64,000 bases of DNA. It comes from a virus. Where the stretch lies: positions 72,103 through 136,102 of IMG/VR virus record IMGVR_UViG_3300047476_000521; one strand, given 5' to 3'. A model generated the notes under the pieces. It made no database searches, was not told where the DNA came from, and worked only from the letters and a program-made list of their open reading frames with translations. Shown one piece after another: positions 1-10,711 of this stretch. The translations under genes were made by a program, and so were the position numbers. The first letter of the stretch is position 1. Every line of letters begins with the position of its first letter.

Positions 1-1
1 T

Positions 2-1264
2 GATTTTGTTCGTAAGAACGATGCTGCTGGTATGCGTGGTTCGCTTAATGTTCCTACTAGAACTGGTGGCGATGCCTCTGGTACTTGGGGAATCAACGTA
101 ACTGGAAACGCAGGAACAGCAACTACTGCTACATATTCTATAAACACAACACAATCATTCGCTTCAAATTGGAATACAGATTTCGCAAATACTCCAGCTG
201 GAAGCATGAACCTAAGAGGCGACACTTCTACAGGTACTTCTACTGGTGGTCCTGGTGGTTCTTGGTGGTTTCAAGAAAACTTTAGGCACAATAATAATTC
301 AAGCACTTGGGGCGTCCAGGTTGCATGGGGTTGGGAAGATAATGCCAATACCCTTAGAACACGTAACGTTCAAAATGGCGCATTTGGCGCATGGGTAACT
401 TATCTTAATTCGGGCAATTATAATTCTTATTCGCCAACATTAACAGGAACTGGCGCTTCCGGAACTTGGGGCATCAGCATTACAGGTAATGCATCAGGCA
501 ATGCTGGAACTGCTACAACTCTACAAACTGCTAGAAATATTAACGGTACTTCGTTTAATGGTTCCGCTAATATTACAACAGCTACATGGGGAACTGCAAG
601 ATCAATCACAATTGGTGGTACTGCCAAATCAGTTGACGGTTCAGCAGCAGTTTCTTGGTCGCTAACAGAAATCGGTGTTCCTTCATTAACAGGAACTGGT
701 GCTTCTGGAACTTGGGGTATTAGTATTTCCGGTAATGCTGCTACTGCCACAACTGCCTCTACTGCTACATCTGCTACTACTGCTGGATCAGCAACTACTG
801 CTGGTTCTGCTACAACGTTTACTAGCACCACCCAGAATTCTCAGTTTAATTCAATCGGAGTTGGTACTGCTGCTTCTGCGATTGCTGGTGAAATTCGTGC
901 CACAAACAATATCACCGCTTACTATTCTGATAAGAGACTCAAGGAAAATATCAAGAAAATAGATAATCCTCTTGAAAAGGTTTCAATGATCAGCGGCGTG
1001 ACTTATAACAGCAATGACATTGCAGCGTCTTATGGTTACACAGACAAGTCAACTCAGGTTGGTGTTATTGCTCAGGAAATCGAACAAGTTCTTCCAATGG
1101 CTGTCAAGCAGGCACCATTTGATATCGATGTCAAGCATGGTGTTGAATACTCTAAGTCTGGAGAGAACTATCTCACTGTTCAATATGAAAAGATTATTCC
1201 TTTGTTGATTGAGGCAATCAAAGAATTGAAGTCTGAGATTGACCAACTAAAGAGCAATAGATAA
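2..1264 (+). CDS. Tail fibre protein, C-terminal part with intramolecular chaperone (peptidase S74-like) domain; 5'-truncated by the window
   Basis: Frame open from position 2; G/T/S/A-rich repeats (TGTGASGTWGISITGNA); C-terminal YYSDKRLKENI...GVIAQEIE...V.YEKIIPLLIEAIKEL chaperone signature. Confidence 0.85.
   Translation, partial: DFVRKNDAAGMRGSLNVPTRTGGDASGTWGINVTGNAGTATTATYSINTTQSFASNWNTDFANTPAGSMNLRGDTSTGTSTGGPGGSWWFQENFRHNNNSSTWGVQVAWGWEDNANTLRTRNVQNGAFGAWVTYLNSGNYNSYSPTLTGTGASGTWGISITGNASGNAGTATTLQTARNINGTSFNGSANITTATWGTARSITIGGTAKSVDGSAAVSWSLTEIGVPSLTGTGASGTWGISISGNAATATTASTATSATTAGSATTAGSATTFTSTTQNSQFNSIGVGTAASAIAGEIRATNNITAYYSDKRLKENIKKIDNPLEKVSMISGVTYNSNDIAASYGYTDKSTQVGVIAQEIEQVLPMAVKQAPFDIDVKHGVEYSKSGENYLTVQYEKIIPLLIEAIKELKSEIDQLKSNR
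439..738 (+). repeat. Imperfect ~54-bp direct repeat in the tail fibre gene (439-492 and 685-738; weaker third copy ~73-111)
   Basis: attaacaggaactggYgcttcYggaacttggggYatYagYattWcMggtaatgc, encoding LTGTGASGTWGISI(T/S)GNA. Confidence 0.8.
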
Positions 1265-1947
1265 TGCCAACACCAGCATCTGGTACGATATCATTAAATG
1301 ACATTGGAACCATTACAAAAGGCGCTTCTGGCACTGTTGTAAGTTTAAACGATTCTAAAGTTAGAACTTTATTGGGAATACCAAGCGGGCAGATATCTTT
1401 ATCACAAGCATACAACAAACCAGCTTCTGGAACTGCAAGTCAAACAGTGCCTGGCACATACTCATACGCTCCACCTCCTTATCAGTATTTGACTGCTGAT
1501 TGTAGAGGCGGCGGAGGTGGCGGCGGCGGACAGTGCTGGCTATTTTATGGAGGAGGTACAGCAGGTGGTGCTGGCGGAGCTACTACTTTTTTCAGTACAA
1601 CTAACGTTGTTGCTAACGGAGGCGGTGGTGGTGGAGGCCAAGATGGATTCGGTAACTTTGGTGCTGTAGGAACTGCTGGTGGTGGTTCTGGAGGAACTGT
1701 AACAACTGGCGGTGGCGCTGCAGGCGGAGCCAGCGGTTATTCTGCGTATGGTCAAGGTGGTACAGGTGGTAATGGTGGTAAAACTACTCAGACTTGGACG
1801 TATGCTGCTACAGCTGGTTATCCTGAATGGGGAACATCTTATACCTATACAGTAGGAGCAGCTGGTGCAAGAGGTATTGGTTATGCTGGCGTTGGAGCAA
1901 ACGGTCAGCTAGGTGCTCCTGGAGCTATATACTTTACTTATTCATAA
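1264..1947 (+). CDS. Glycine-rich tail fibre tip/adhesin-like protein
   Basis: N-terminal MPTPASGTISLNDI motif, poly-Gly stretches, directly after the fibre gene. Confidence 0.6.
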   Translation: MPTPASGTISLNDIGTITKGASGTVVSLNDSKVRTLLGIPSGQISLSQAYNKPASGTASQTVPGTYSYAPPPYQYLTADCRGGGGGGGGQCWLFYGGGTAGGAGGATTFFSTTNVVANGGGGGGGQDGFGNFGAVGTAGGGSGGTVTTGGGAAGGASGYSAYGQGGTGGNGGKTTQTWTYAATAGYPEWGTSYTYTVGAAGARGIGYAGVGANGQLGAPGAIYFTYS

Positions 1948-1955
1948 AGGAGATT

Positions 1956-2372
1956 ATGATGCGTTGTTTTATAAGAGTAGTGGAGGGAAACCCTTTTGAA
2001 CATCCATACACAGCAGAAAATTTATCTCAGTTAATTAAAGATTTTGACCCTGACAATCCACCAGATGGTTTAGAAGAGTTTATACGTATCGCTCCTCCTG
2101 TTGTTAACTTTTTAGAAACATTTGTAGGTACAACTTATGAAAAAGTTAATGGGTTTTGGCAAGATGTTCATAATGTTAGACCGTTAACTGAAATTGAAAA
2201 AGAAGAAAAGATAAAGTTTACCAAAAGTATTTTTATATTTTCTGATACTTGGACTTTAAACGAAACTACAGGACAGTGGATTCCACCAGTTCCTTATCCA
2301 ACCGATGGCAAACTTTACGGTTGGGATAACGATAAATTAGAATGGTTCGAATCTAATAATCTAAATACTTAA
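1956..2372 (+). CDS. Hypothetical, possible tail fibre assembly protein
   Basis: AAGGAG RBS before ATG 1956; W..PVPYP.DG..Y.W C-terminal motif common in tail-associated phage proteins. Confidence 0.5.
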   Translation: MMRCFIRVVEGNPFEHPYTAENLSQLIKDFDPDNPPDGLEEFIRIAPPVVNFLETFVGTTYEKVNGFWQDVHNVRPLTEIEKEEKIKFTKSIFIFSDTWTLNETTGQWIPPVPYPTDGKLYGWDNDKLEWFESNNLNT

Positions 2373-2388
2373 AACAAAAGAGAGCAAA

Positions 2389-3129
2389 ATGGCAGTCCCA
2401 ACAACAAGAACAGAATTCGCTGAACATTGCTTGAGAAGATTGGGTAAACCAGTCATTGAGATTAATGTTGACGACGATCAAGTTTCTGATCGTATCGACG
2501 AAGCTCTTCGTTGGTATTGGGATTATCATTTCGATGGTTCCGAAAAGACATATTATAAAAAACAAATTGATGCAACTGATATAGCTAACAAGTATATTAC
2601 TCTTCCTGAGAATATTATTGGCGCAGTAAATATATTTCCGCTAGGTTCTGCTCTTGGTCTAAACAATCTTTTTAATATTCGATACCAGATTGCACTAAAC
2701 GACCTTTATACTTTGACATCAGTGTCAATGGTTCCATATTACATGGCCATGAATCATGTTCAATTCCTCGAACAGATGCTGGTTGGTCAACAGCCGCTAA
2801 GATATAATCGACACATAAACCGTTTATACATCGATATGTCATGGGATCAAGTTGCAGTAGGAAACTATTTGATTGTTGAAGCGTACCAGGTTGTAGATCC
2901 TGATGTATATGTTGATGCATGGAATGATCGTTGGTTACAGCGTTATGCTGCTTGTTTGATAAAGCAGCAGTGGGGTCAGAATTTGAAAAAGTTTCAGGGT
3001 ATGAAACTTCCTGGTGGTCTAGAATTCAACGGTCAAAGAATTTATGATGAAGCTACAAACGAAAGAGAACAGTTAGAAAAAGAAATGATTTACAGCTACT
3101 CATTACCAGCTACGGATATGATTGGTTAG
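2389..3129 (+). CDS. gp13: Neck protein gp13
   Basis: LRRLGKPVIEINV...QQWGQNL.KF.G..LPGG...NG motifs; T4 synteny. Confidence 0.92.
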   Translation: MAVPTTRTEFAEHCLRRLGKPVIEINVDDDQVSDRIDEALRWYWDYHFDGSEKTYYKKQIDATDIANKYITLPENIIGAVNIFPLGSALGLNNLFNIRYQIALNDLYTLTSVSMVPYYMAMNHVQFLEQMLVGQQPLRYNRHINRLYIDMSWDQVAVGNYLIVEAYQVVDPDVYVDAWNDRWLQRYAACLIKQQWGQNLKKFQGMKLPGGLEFNGQRIYDEATNEREQLEKEMIYSYSLPATDMIG

Positions 3130-3135
3130 AAATAT

Positions 3136-3720
3136 ATGAAAGCTTTCGTTTACTGTTGGACAGATAAGAAAACTAATATGTTATACGTTGGATCCCACAA
3201 GGGTTCGATCGATGATGGATATATTTGTTCTAGTAAATATATGATAGAAGAGTATAATAAAAGACCAGAAGATTTTAGTAGACAGATTGTTGCTGAAGGG
3301 TCTTTTGATGATGTAAGAAATTTGGAAGCAAAAATTTTACAGTCTGTAAATGCAGCACTTGATGAACAGTTTTATAATAGGCGCAATTGCGATAATAAAT
3401 TTTATTTAAAAGAACATACAGAAGAGACCAAAAGAAAAATAGCGTCCAAACATGTTGGTAGAATTAGATTAGATTTATCAGAAAGAAATAAAAAAGGTCT
3501 ATCCGAAGAAAGCGTTAAAAAAATGGTTTCTACCAGAAAAGCTAACGGTTCCTACGATAGAGAACGTAACCCTATGTTGGGCAGAAAACATTCTGAAGAT
3601 TCAAAGAATAAAATGTCGTTAAACAGGATAGGAAAAAACAGATCTCCTAAATCAGAAGAAACTAAACAAAAAATGTCAGAAGCCAGAAAAAAATATTGGG
3701 AGATTAAACGTGGCCACTAA
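3136..3720 (+). CDS. Free-standing GIY-YIG (Seg-like) homing endonuclease with NUMOD3 repeats
   Basis: FVY-x10-YVG motif; HTEETKRKI/HSEDSKNKMS/KSEETKQKMS repeats; inserted between gp13 and gp14. Confidence 0.85.
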   Translation: MKAFVYCWTDKKTNMLYVGSHKGSIDDGYICSSKYMIEEYNKRPEDFSRQIVAEGSFDDVRNLEAKILQSVNAALDEQFYNRRNCDNKFYLKEHTEETKRKIASKHVGRIRLDLSERNKKGLSEESVKKMVSTRKANGSYDRERNPMLGRKHSEDSKNKMSLNRIGKNRSPKSEETKQKMSEARKKYWEIKRGH

Positions 3721-4432
3721 TTTTTTTGTTAATAATTTTCAGGCTTCACAAGAACAGCTGTTGATTGAAGATCTTATCGTTGAATCAATTCGCCTATATG
3801 GACATGATGTTTATTATTTGCCACGTAAACTAAACAATTACGACGACGTTTATGGTGCTGACGATCAATCTTCTTATGAGATTGCATATCCAATAGAAAT
3901 GTATATCAAATCTATTGATGGTTTTGGCGGAGATCAAGAATTTCTGTCTAAGTTTGGTGTTGAAATACGCAATCAAGTTGTGTTCTCTGTATCTAGAAGA
4001 AGATTCAACGAAGAAGTTGGAGAATTTACAACCCAAATAAGACCTAATGAAGGAGATATAATTTATTTTCCTTTAAACAAAAGAGGGTTTCAGATTAAGT
4101 TTGTAAACAAGTATGAGATGTTTTATCAGCTTGGCGCTTTACAAACATGGGAAATGACCTGCGAAGTATTTGAATACTCTGGCGAAACCTTCTCAACAGG
4201 TATACCAGAAATTGATTCTATTCAGAAAAAGTTTGACACTAACGTTCTTTACTGGACTATCAAAAACCAACTAGATGAAAAGATTGTCACCGAAGATGGT
4301 GATTATATTGTTCTAGAAAATTCTTCAATGGATGATTTGGTACCAGCTGCAGATAACGAAGAGATACAACAAGAATCTGATTTGTTCGTAGACTTTAGTT
4401 CTATTGATCCATTCAGCGAAGGAAAAATATAA
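3710..4432 (+). CDS. gp14: Neck protein gp14
   Basis: EQ.L...L..ESI..YG.DVYYLPR and RPNEGD.IYFP motifs. Confidence 0.92.
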   Translation: MATNFFVNNFQASQEQLLIEDLIVESIRLYGHDVYYLPRKLNNYDDVYGADDQSSYEIAYPIEMYIKSIDGFGGDQEFLSKFGVEIRNQVVFSVSRRRFNEEVGEFTTQIRPNEGDIIYFPLNKRGFQIKFVNKYEMFYQLGALQTWEMTCEVFEYSGETFSTGIPEIDSIQKKFDTNVLYWTIKNQLDEKIVTEDGDYIVLENSSMDDLVPAADNEEIQQESDLFVDFSSIDPFSEGKI

Positions 4433-5290
4433 ATGTTTGGATCACCTTTTTACTTCGGCCTTATTCGTAAATACGTTATTTTAATGGGAACTTTGCTCAA
4501 TCAAATTCGCATTACAAGAACAAATAAAGCTGGCGAAGTAACATCTCTTATGCAAGTTCCAATTACTTATGCCCCAAAAGATAAAATGTTGGCACGTATT
4601 AAACAAGATCCAGCGTTGGACTCTCAGAGCGCCGTAGCTCCTTTACCTATGATTTCTTTTGAGATGGGTAAAATGGTTTATGACGGTTCTAGAAAATTAA
4701 ACACAATCGGAAAAGCTTCTGTGCGTGATGCTACTACAGCTAATAAGTTCAAGTATCAGTATAATCCTGTTCCTTATAACATAGAATTTAAAGTTTATGT
4801 GTATGCTAAAAATGCTGAAGATGGAACTAAGATTATTGAACAGATTTTACCTTATTTTACTCCTGATTGGACTACGACTTGTAACCTTATTCCTGAAGTA
4901 AACGTTACTATGGATATTCCTATCATCCTAAATAACATAGGTTACACTGATAATTATGATGGTCAGTATACCGAAAGAAGAGCTATCATTTGGCAGCTTG
5001 ATTTTGTATTAAAGGGTTATCTCTACGGGCCAGTAAAATCTTCTAACATTATTAAGTTTGTTAAAGGTAATTTTTATATACCATCAACAAACACTGCTGC
5101 TCAAGGCAGAGGTATTTCGCCTATCGAAGAAAGAATTACAGTTCAACCTGGCTTAGATGCAAACAATAATCCTATAAATTATTATGGTGGGCCTAATGCT
5201 AATACAGGAACTCTTCCTTACGCTCAAATTGAAGTTGATGACGATTTCGGATTTATAACTCAAATTTATGACGCAGATGAGATAGAATGA
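4433..5290 (+). CDS. gp15: Tail sheath stabilizer/terminator gp15
   Basis: VPITYAPK, PVPYN, IIEQILPYF motifs; synteny. Confidence 0.92.
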   Translation: MFGSPFYFGLIRKYVILMGTLLNQIRITRTNKAGEVTSLMQVPITYAPKDKMLARIKQDPALDSQSAVAPLPMISFEMGKMVYDGSRKLNTIGKASVRDATTANKFKYQYNPVPYNIEFKVYVYAKNAEDGTKIIEQILPYFTPDWTTTCNLIPEVNVTMDIPIILNNIGYTDNYDGQYTERRAIIWQLDFVLKGYLYGPVKSSNIIKFVKGNFYIPSTNTAAQGRGISPIEERITVQPGLDANNNPINYYGGPNANTGTLPYAQIEVDDDFGFITQIYDADEIE

Positions 5291-5703
5291 CAGAAAAAGA
5301 TGATGATCCTATTGGCAAGGCTCTTGGCATTGCTCCTTTACAACATGAATTACAAATAGAAAAAATGTTAGCTCAAGCTCATGATGATTCAGCAAAGAAT
5401 GATTTCGAGGCGGCTAGAGCAAATCTTTACGAAGTTATTCAAACTGGTAAAGAAGCAATGGATACGCTAACAGAAATAGCTACTCAGTCTCAACACCCAC
5501 GTGCGTTTGAAGTGTTGGCTAAACTCATGGACACCATAGTAAATACCAACAAAGATCTCTTAGAACTCCAAACTAAGATCCGTGAGATTGACGCTAAAGA
5601 TTCCCCAATCAACGATAAAGCCCAAACTATCAATAACAATTTGTTCGTTGGTTCTACTGCAGAACTTCAAAAAGTTCTTAAGGATATGAAGAATAATGAA
5701 TGA
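5287..5703 (+). CDS. gp16: Terminase small subunit gp16
   Basis: SQHPRAFEV and NNLFVGSTAELQK motifs. Confidence 0.92.
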   Translation: MTEKDDDPIGKALGIAPLQHELQIEKMLAQAHDDSAKNDFEAARANLYEVIQTGKEAMDTLTEIATQSQHPRAFEVLAKLMDTIVNTNKDLLELQTKIREIDAKDSPINDKAQTINNNLFVGSTAELQKVLKDMKNNE

Positions 5704-7336
5704 TTTGGTTGGTGGTTATAAGGGTAATGTTCTTCTAAAAAAGACTAATCAAAACATCGAATGGACTCCTGAACTCGTTCAGGAGTACGTCAAGTGTCAA
5801 GAAGATCCCGTTTATTTTACTGAAAACTATATGAAGATCATCTCTATTAATGAGGGTCTTACTAGCTTTAACATGTATGAGTATCAGAAGGATATGGTTA
5901 AATCCTTCAAGGATAATCGTTATACAATCGTTACAACGGCAAGACAGGCAGGTAAGTCAACTACAACCTGCGCTTTCATTCTTTGGTATATCATTTTCCA
6001 TCCTGATAAAACCGTTGCTCTTCTAGCCAATAAGGGCGATACGGCTCGAGAAATTCTTGGTCGAGTTCAGTTGGCTTACCAACACTTACCAAAATGGCTA
6101 CAACAGGGCGTGGTCGAGTGGAACAAAGGTTCATTCGTTCTAGAAAACAACAGTCGTGTTTTGGCTGCTGCTACTTCTGGTTCTGCCATCCGTGGTTATA
6201 CTATCAACCTTCTATTCATCGACGAAGCGGCCTTCATTGATAACTGGGACGAGTTCTTCACCTCAGTTTATCCTACTATTTCTTCTGGCCTTGAATCTAA
6301 GATTATCCTAGTTTCTACGCCTAATGGTTTGAACCACTTTCACGCTACTTGGGCGAACGCTCAAAAAGGTCAAAATGGTTACCATCCTATCCTAGTGCAC
6401 TGGACTAGCGTCCCAGGAAGAGACGAAAAGTGGAAAGCCGAAACCTTAGCAGGTATGAACTTTGATCACGAAAAGTTTGATCAGGAATATAACTGCGAAT
6501 TCTTAGGTTCTTCCGGAACTCTGATTGCTGGTTGGAAGCTTAAAGAGCTAGTTTCTAGTAACCCAATCTTACAAAAAGACGGTTTAACTCAGTTCGCTCA
6601 TCCAGAAAAAGATCATGTTTATATGATGGTATGCGACGTTTCTAGGGGTAAGGGATTAGATTATTCTGCCTTTCAGCTTATGGATGTCACTCGTATGCCA
6701 TACCAACAAGCTGCAGTTTACAGAAACAATGCCATTACTCCACTGGATTATGCTGACATTATTTACAGAACAGCCAAAGCCTATAATAACGCTTCAGTTC
6801 TCGTCGAAGTAAACGATATTGGCGAACAAGTATCAACTTCTTTGAACTATGATTTTGGTTACGAGAACGTTCTGTTCACTGAAAATGCAGGAAGATCTGG
6901 TAAAAGAATTACGACTGGGTTTGGTGGCGGATCAATAGATAAGGGTATCAGAACTACTAAAATTGTTAAATCCATAGGTTGTTCTATTCTAAAACTTTTA
7001 GTAGAACAGAACCAAATGGTGGTCAGAGATATTAATACCATCAGCGAACTGGGAACTTTTTCTAAGAAAGGCAAATCTTTCGAGGCAGAACCTGGTAAAC
7101 ACGACGACTTGGTTATGTGTTTGGTTCTATTTGCTTGGCTTTCGGACCAACAGTATTTTAAAGATTATACTAATATTAACACCCTCATGTCTCTGAGAGA
7201 TAAAACTGAAGAAGATATAGAACAAGATCTGGCTCCATTTGGATTTGTGGATTCAGGTCGAGATGACTTTATTGAAGAAGAATACGAACGATATGTCCCT
7301 GACAGCTGGATGTGGGATACACCAAGAGACTTCTAA
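5696..7336 (+). CDS. gp17: Terminase large subunit gp17
   Basis: Walker A RQAGKST, Walker B LFIDEAAF, STPNG, RNase H-like CDVSRG.G.DYS, HDDLVM. Confidence 0.97.
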   Translation: MNDLVGGYKGNVLLKKTNQNIEWTPELVQEYVKCQEDPVYFTENYMKIISINEGLTSFNMYEYQKDMVKSFKDNRYTIVTTARQAGKSTTTCAFILWYIIFHPDKTVALLANKGDTAREILGRVQLAYQHLPKWLQQGVVEWNKGSFVLENNSRVLAAATSGSAIRGYTINLLFIDEAAFIDNWDEFFTSVYPTISSGLESKIILVSTPNGLNHFHATWANAQKGQNGYHPILVHWTSVPGRDEKWKAETLAGMNFDHEKFDQEYNCEFLGSSGTLIAGWKLKELVSSNPILQKDGLTQFAHPEKDHVYMMVCDVSRGKGLDYSAFQLMDVTRMPYQQAAVYRNNAITPLDYADIIYRTAKAYNNASVLVEVNDIGEQVSTSLNYDFGYENVLFTENAGRSGKRITTGFGGGSIDKGIRTTKIVKSIGCSILKLLVEQNQMVVRDINTISELGTFSKKGKSFEAEPGKHDDLVMCLVLFAWLSDQQYFKDYTNINTLMSLRDKTEEDIEQDLAPFGFVDSGRDDFIEEEYERYVPDSWMWDTPRDF

Positions 7337-7441
7337 ATAACTATAAACGCTCTCTTTGTAAGGATGAAACTAGCGGTCTAAAAGTAAAAAATAATAAATA
7401 CAAAAAACATTTAATTGACATCCTAAAAAAGGGAGAAAAAA

Positions 7442-10009
7442 ATGGCTTTCCAATTAAGTCCAGGTGTAAATGTCTCTGAAATCGACCTAACTACAGTGGT
7501 TCCATCAGTCGCTACTAGCGACGGTGCTATCGCTGGCGTATTCCGTTGGGGTCCAGTAGGAGAGAGAATTCTAGTAGACACTGAGAATAGTCTCGTTTCT
7601 AGATTTGGTAAACCAACAAACTTCAACGCCGAGACATGGTTCTCAGCAGCCAACTTCCTATCTTACGCTAATCGCCTATATGTAGCACGTGCTGCTGACA
7701 CTTCAGGCGCAACTCCATTTGTTTCAGCAAACGCTGCAGGTGGTGCAAATAGCATTCTAAACGTTGGCGATACATCAGCCATTACAGTTGGTATGTATGT
7801 AACTCAAGTAGGAAACAATAGCGTTCTTACTGGTAACGTAGCTTCGTTCATAGTTGTTTCAAAGAATTCTTCACATATTGTGATGAACAAGAACACAGCT
7901 TCTTCATTCACTAACGTAAATTTCTATTTCGGGCGTCCTGAAACAGTATATACTGCTGTTGGATTTGATCCTTCAAACACTGTAGCCAAGGCAGCTAACC
8001 TTGTTAATCAGATTGTTAAGAACGAAACTCATTATGCTCAGAAAGATGGAACTTTCGATACAGACGTTGTTTATGTTGCTAAGTTCCCAGGTGCAATTGG
8101 TAACTCTCTAAGAGTTGCAGTTTGCGATAACGCTGATAGCTTCAATTCTGCAATTCCTCTATTCGGCGCTAACACTGCTGGTTCTGGTATTACTGCTAAC
8201 GCTGTTATGGAATTCAGAGTTGGTTCTAACGTAGCTACCATGAAGGTATTAGGTTCAACTAACGCTGTTACAAACTCAGTAATCTCAAAGATTGCTGTTG
8301 GCGATCAGATTCTTGCTGGTAATAGCACTCTTGGTGTTCAGTATCTACAGGTTAGATCTTCGACTATCGCTGCTAATACTACTGCAGTCACCACTTTCGT
8401 AGGAAACACTGCAGTAAATAGCAACATTAACTTTATTTCTGTTCCAAGTAATCCATTTACTAATGGCGATATTGTTGTGTATGCTAACAGTGCTGGTGAA
8501 TCAGAAGTTAACGGTCTGCTTAACGGTACAAGTTATCATGTTATTCAAGCTAACTCTAGCGGCCTAAAGCTTTCTAATAATCCTTTTGGAACTGAAATTG
8601 ATCTTGTTGCAACTCCAGGTTCCAACTCAGTTCTAACAGCTAACTATCGTGTTCTATCAGTTCAATTCGAAGACCCATATAGACTTCGTGAAAACTATAC
8701 AACTCAGACAGTTGACCGTTATTGGGAATTCTTTAATGTTGTAGAAACTGCACCAGGTCAGTCTAACTATGTCCTATTCAACGGTAATACTGCTGCAAGC
8801 GACGAGCTTCATGTTGTAGTAGTTGACGATGGTGGCGCATTTACTGGAACCCCAGGAACTGTCCTAGAAGTTTACAAGGGCGTTTCAAGAGCAACAGACG
8901 CAAAGAATGCTGATAATTCCCTTAACTATTATAAGGACGTTATTAATCAGAGTTCTGAATATATTTGGTGGGCTAATGATCGTGGCACTGCTCCTTCTGC
9001 CAACTCACTAAATCTTATTTCTGCAACTTCTACTGCTCCTGCAAGCATTCAGTTGCAGCTAGGCGCTGATGGTAGAAACGAAAACGACGCTTCGCTAGGT
9101 ATTCTTGGCGCTGCATACGACTTGTTCGCATCACCAGAAGATATTGACATTTCTCTAGTTCTACAGGGCAAGCCAGTTGGTGGTTCTACTGCAATCAACG
9201 GAAGAACTGTTCAGAACTTCCAGCTAGCTAATTATATCATCGAAAACATCTGCGAAAGAAGAAGAGATTGCGTTGCTCTTATTTCACCAGATAAGTCTCT
9301 AGTTCTAAACAACGTTGGAAACGAGACAACTGACCTAAGAGCATGGAGAGGAGCTATCACTAGCACTTCTTACGCTGTTCTTGATTCAGGTTGGAAGTAT
9401 CAGTACGATCGTTATAACGATCTTTATCGTTGGGTACCACTAAACGGCGACATCGCTGGTATCTGCGTAAGAACAGATAACACTAATGACGCTTGGTGGT
9501 CACCAGCTGGTTTCAACCGTGGTCAGATCAAGAACCTAGTTAAGCTAGCATGGAATCCACGCAAGGCTGAAAGAGATGTTCTATACAGCAACGGTATTAA
9601 CCCAGTTGTTACTTTCCCAGGTCAGGGAACTATCCTCTTCGGAGATAAGACCCTACAGGCTAAACCATCTGCCTTTGATCGTATTAACGTTCGTAGATTG
9701 TTTATCGTTCTTGAGAAAGCAATTTCAGTTGCTGCTAAGTATCAGTTGTTCGAATTCAACGATGCGTTTACAAGAGCACAGTTCCGTAATCTTGTAATCC
9801 CATATCTACGCACCATTCAGGGCCGTCGTGGTATTACTGATTTCCATGTTGTTTGTGACGATACTAACAATACTCAGCAGATTATTGATAGTAACCAGTT
9901 TGTCGGAGATATCTATATCAAACCTGCGAGAAGCATCAACTTTATCCAGCTTAACTTCGTAGCTGTTCCTTCTGGAGTACAGTTCTCTGAAGTTATCGGA
10001 AAGTTTTAA
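7442..10009 (+). CDS. gp18: Tail sheath protein gp18 (855 aa, with insertion domains)
   Basis: SPGV...EIDLT N-terminus; W.SPAGFNRG, SAFDRINVRRLF, KPARSINFI. Confidence 0.97.
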   Translation: MAFQLSPGVNVSEIDLTTVVPSVATSDGAIAGVFRWGPVGERILVDTENSLVSRFGKPTNFNAETWFSAANFLSYANRLYVARAADTSGATPFVSANAAGGANSILNVGDTSAITVGMYVTQVGNNSVLTGNVASFIVVSKNSSHIVMNKNTASSFTNVNFYFGRPETVYTAVGFDPSNTVAKAANLVNQIVKNETHYAQKDGTFDTDVVYVAKFPGAIGNSLRVAVCDNADSFNSAIPLFGANTAGSGITANAVMEFRVGSNVATMKVLGSTNAVTNSVISKIAVGDQILAGNSTLGVQYLQVRSSTIAANTTAVTTFVGNTAVNSNINFISVPSNPFTNGDIVVYANSAGESEVNGLLNGTSYHVIQANSSGLKLSNNPFGTEIDLVATPGSNSVLTANYRVLSVQFEDPYRLRENYTTQTVDRYWEFFNVVETAPGQSNYVLFNGNTAASDELHVVVVDDGGAFTGTPGTVLEVYKGVSRATDAKNADNSLNYYKDVINQSSEYIWWANDRGTAPSANSLNLISATSTAPASIQLQLGADGRNENDASLGILGAAYDLFASPEDIDISLVLQGKPVGGSTAINGRTVQNFQLANYIIENICERRRDCVALISPDKSLVLNNVGNETTDLRAWRGAITSTSYAVLDSGWKYQYDRYNDLYRWVPLNGDIAGICVRTDNTNDAWWSPAGFNRGQIKNLVKLAWNPRKAERDVLYSNGINPVVTFPGQGTILFGDKTLQAKPSAFDRINVRRLFIVLEKAISVAAKYQLFEFNDAFTRAQFRNLVIPYLRTIQGRRGITDFHVVCDDTNNTQQIIDSNQFVGDIYIKPARSINFIQLNFVAVPSGVQFSEVIGKF

Positions 10010-10041
10010 TAAATAATAAAAATCTCAAAGGAGTAACATAG

Positions 10042-10653
10042 ATGCCTTTTAATATTAACTCTTTCAAAGCAAACGGAATGCAGTGGGGCGGAGCTCGCCC
10101 TGCTCTATTCCAGGTACAAGTAACTCCACCTCCAACACTTCCGCTAAATCCGGAAGCATTCAGAAAGTTGGTATTTACTTGTAGAGCAGCGGAATTACCA
10201 GAGTCAACAATTACTAATATTGAAATTCCATATTTCGGTCGTAGAATTAAGGTTGCTGGCGAAAGAACTTTTGCTGATTGGTCAATCACAATAATGAACG
10301 ACGAAGACTTCTCAGTTCGTTCTATGTTTGAAGCTTGGCACAACGCTATCAATACTATGCAGACTAACGTTCGTCTACCAGAAGCTGCTTTTGAACAATA
10401 TAAAGCATTTGCTGTTGACGTAACTCAGTTCAGTAAGGACGGCGAAATTCTTCGTGTTTATCAGCTAGTCGGCGCTTTCCCAACACAGGTAAGCGGTATC
10501 GGTCTTGGCTGGGATACTCAGAATGCTATTGAAGAGTTCACAGTTAACTTTTCATATGATTATTGGTTACCAGTTGACGAAGGTACTACAGTCAAGACTT
10601 CTGGAAAGATTACTCCATATCTTGGCTTGACCAATACTGGTCCGCAGGAATAA
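10042..10653 (+). CDS. gp19: Tail tube protein gp19
   Basis: GGARP.LF.V, AGERTF.DW..T..NDEDF, IEEFTV.F.YDYW. Confidence 0.95.
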   Translation: MPFNINSFKANGMQWGGARPALFQVQVTPPPTLPLNPEAFRKLVFTCRAAELPESTITNIEIPYFGRRIKVAGERTFADWSITIMNDEDFSVRSMFEAWHNAINTMQTNVRLPEAAFEQYKAFAVDVTQFSKDGEILRVYQLVGAFPTQVSGIGLGWDTQNAIEEFTVNFSYDYWLPVDEGTTVKTSGKITPYLGLTNTGPQE

Positions 10654-10674
10654 TCTAAATACACTATATTATTT

Positions 10675-10694
10675 GGAGGGAGGAAACTCCCTCC
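10675..10694 (+). terminator. GC hairpin between gp19 and gp20 (terminator or stabiliser)
   Basis: GGAGGGAG-GAAA-CTCCCTCC; no strong U-tract. Confidence 0.5.
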
Positions 10695-10711
10695 TACACT
10701 TGGAGAAATAA

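Noticed and set aside
1500-1790. GGN-rich tandem repeats as a possible diversity-generating or contingency locus
   Set aside because: They simply encode poly-glycine; no reverse transcriptase or template/variable repeat pair is present in the window.
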